From Lingula anatina (lineage: Eukaryota > Animalia > Brachiopoda), in NCBI GenBank assembly GCA_051362555.1, contig CM120642.1, positions 15,376,001-15,440,000 on the forward strand: 64,000 nucleotides of DNA, read 5' to 3'. Position 1 is the stretch's first letter. Each line of letters begins with the position of its first letter. A program made the translations under genes and the position numbers. Positions 62,701-64,000 of this stretch are shown in pieces. The notes below the pieces were generated by a model. That model had not been told where the DNA came from. It ran no database searches and was given only the letters and a program-made list of their open reading frames with translations.

Positions 62701-63850
62701 ATAAAAAAATACGAGAGCATTGTAAAGTGGTAGAAATAAAACCAAATTTCTGTTCACTTTATGAATGTGACCTACTTTGGATGTTTGAGCTTCTTCCACA
62801 AGCCTGACTATTTGAGCAAGAGCACTGTCTGCCCCCACATGTGTAGCTTCCACCAACAGAGTGCCATTCTGGTTGATAGATCCTCCAATCACAGAAGAAC
62901 CTGTCATTTGATCAATAACAGAATAGGTTAGTACATATTAATTAAGGTACTTTCAAACTTAAAGTCAAAATTAGTTCAGAATTCCAACAAGTACATCCTT
63001 GTTTGTATTTCTTTACAAATTTAACCAATTTCTTCATCAGCTAACAATTAAAAGCTTAGAGTCATTCACCATCACCATCAAAAATGTATATCACATGGTA
63101 ATATCTGGCTCACTGTTCCTTATACTGAGTAGAAGATGCTCTGATCTAAAGGAAAAACCCACCTTTTTTCTTCTCCACGGGCATGGACTCTCCTGTGATT
63201 AGAGATTCATCACACATGGAGTGGCCCTCGGTCACTTTACCATCCACTGGGATCTTCTCTCCAGGTAGGACCTAGAGATGATAAATATCAAGTGTGATAA
63301 CAAGAATTCATCATCATACAGATAGTTTTTTAAGTTTGTGACATCCTATGGACTTTATTCCAGGAAAAACCTACTAGATATGATAAATAAATTGTGTTAT
63401 GGTACAGACCAAAATAAATTGAATGTTACATCACTGCTTTTAAGTATTTTTTATCTGTAATACATCAGATTGCAGGTAAACTGTTTGTGAATAGCAGCCA
63501 GAAACAAAAGTATGACTTTATTACATTTACTATATTACAATCCCATAGGCACAATCTTGAATTTTTATAGCCAGGTGGATAGTTTTCACTAATCAAAACT
63601 TTGAAACAAATCAATGACAAACTGGTTTAATTCACTAGATCAAAATGGAGTATGTTTCCCATTTGACTAAAATCCATGAGATGAAGGCAAGTCCAGTGTG
63701 TTCCCTCACCTTGAGAATATCTCCCCTGTGAACTAAGTCCACACTGATCCTCTGTTCCTTGATCACCTGGCCATTCTTGTCACACTCCAGCAGTAAAGCC
63801 TCACTGGCCTGCAGAGACATCAGCTTGGTCAGAGCCTCTGACGTCTTGCC
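56729..63850 (-). CDS. ATP7: Copper-transporting P1B-type ATPase (ATP7A/ATP7B family), 3' 13 exons (~677 aa); the 5' part lies beyond the window end
   Basis: Exons 63710-63850, 63163-63271, 62776-62900, 62368-62502, 61871-62062, 61470-61646, 61039-61198, 60200-60355, 59679-59821, 59231-59434, 58761-58878, 58387-58489, 56729-56999 (2034 nt, open). Motifs: [41 protein letters not shown]-terminal dileucine. Confidence 0.96.
58126..58316. mobile_element. MITE with TTAA target duplication (Kolobok-like)
   Basis: TTAA|AGGGATAACAACT ... AGTTGTTATCCCT|TTAA. Confidence 0.7.
60309..60772 (-). repeat. ~83-bp tandem repeat (6 copies) spanning the acceptor and first 45 nt of ATP7 exon 60200-60355
   Basis: Unit ACCAATCAATACCTCATAGCCACTGGAG...CATCTTGTAGGTCTGGGGATAGAAAATATAACTATAATAATTTATATT; the first copy is the real exon start. 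Confidence 0.92.
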
Positions 63851-64000
63851 CTAAAGTTGAGATAGAAATTATGCAAATTTTGAACATTTGTGTATATATC
63901 CATAATGGTCCTCTGTTATCATTAATTTACTATTACTTTGGAAGCTACATCTGTTTCATGTATTATTTTCTGTGATGCACTATATTCAGTCACTTTGCAA

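Noticed and set aside
1-64000. tRNA, rRNA or snoRNA genes
   Set aside because: None recognisable by eye. tRNAscan-SE or Infernal would be needed to exclude intronic snoRNAs.

Overview
This is AT-rich, intron-rich animal genomic DNA, not prokaryotic; it is probably lophotrochozoan or molluscan, inferred from repeat types. I reconstructed three spliced genes by hand with consistent intron phases. (1) An ATP8A1/2-type P4-ATPase phospholipid flippase on the minus strand (3488-43991, 38 coding exons, ~1162 aa), with several candidate alternative first exons. (2) The exosome subunit EXOSC9/RRP45 on the plus strand (44441-54996, 14 exons, ~448 aa), head-to-head with ATP8A; it has a U12-type intron followed by a 25-nt microexon. 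(3) The 3' 13 exons of an ATP7A/B-type copper P1B-ATPase on the minus strand (56729-63850, continues beyond the window). Repeats include a 4.5-kb Helentron-associated element carrying 23 copies of a 146-bp satellite rich in nuclear-receptor motifs, a 5.3-kb TIR element with a nested tandem Helentron-like dimer, several MITEs and microsatellites. The most unusual signal is recurrent short tandem duplication across exon boundaries. In ATP7 this creates an array of 45-nt frame-preserving pseudo-exons, some with both splice sites intact. No RNA genes or CRISPR arrays were seen. All splicing calls are predictions from sequence alone.
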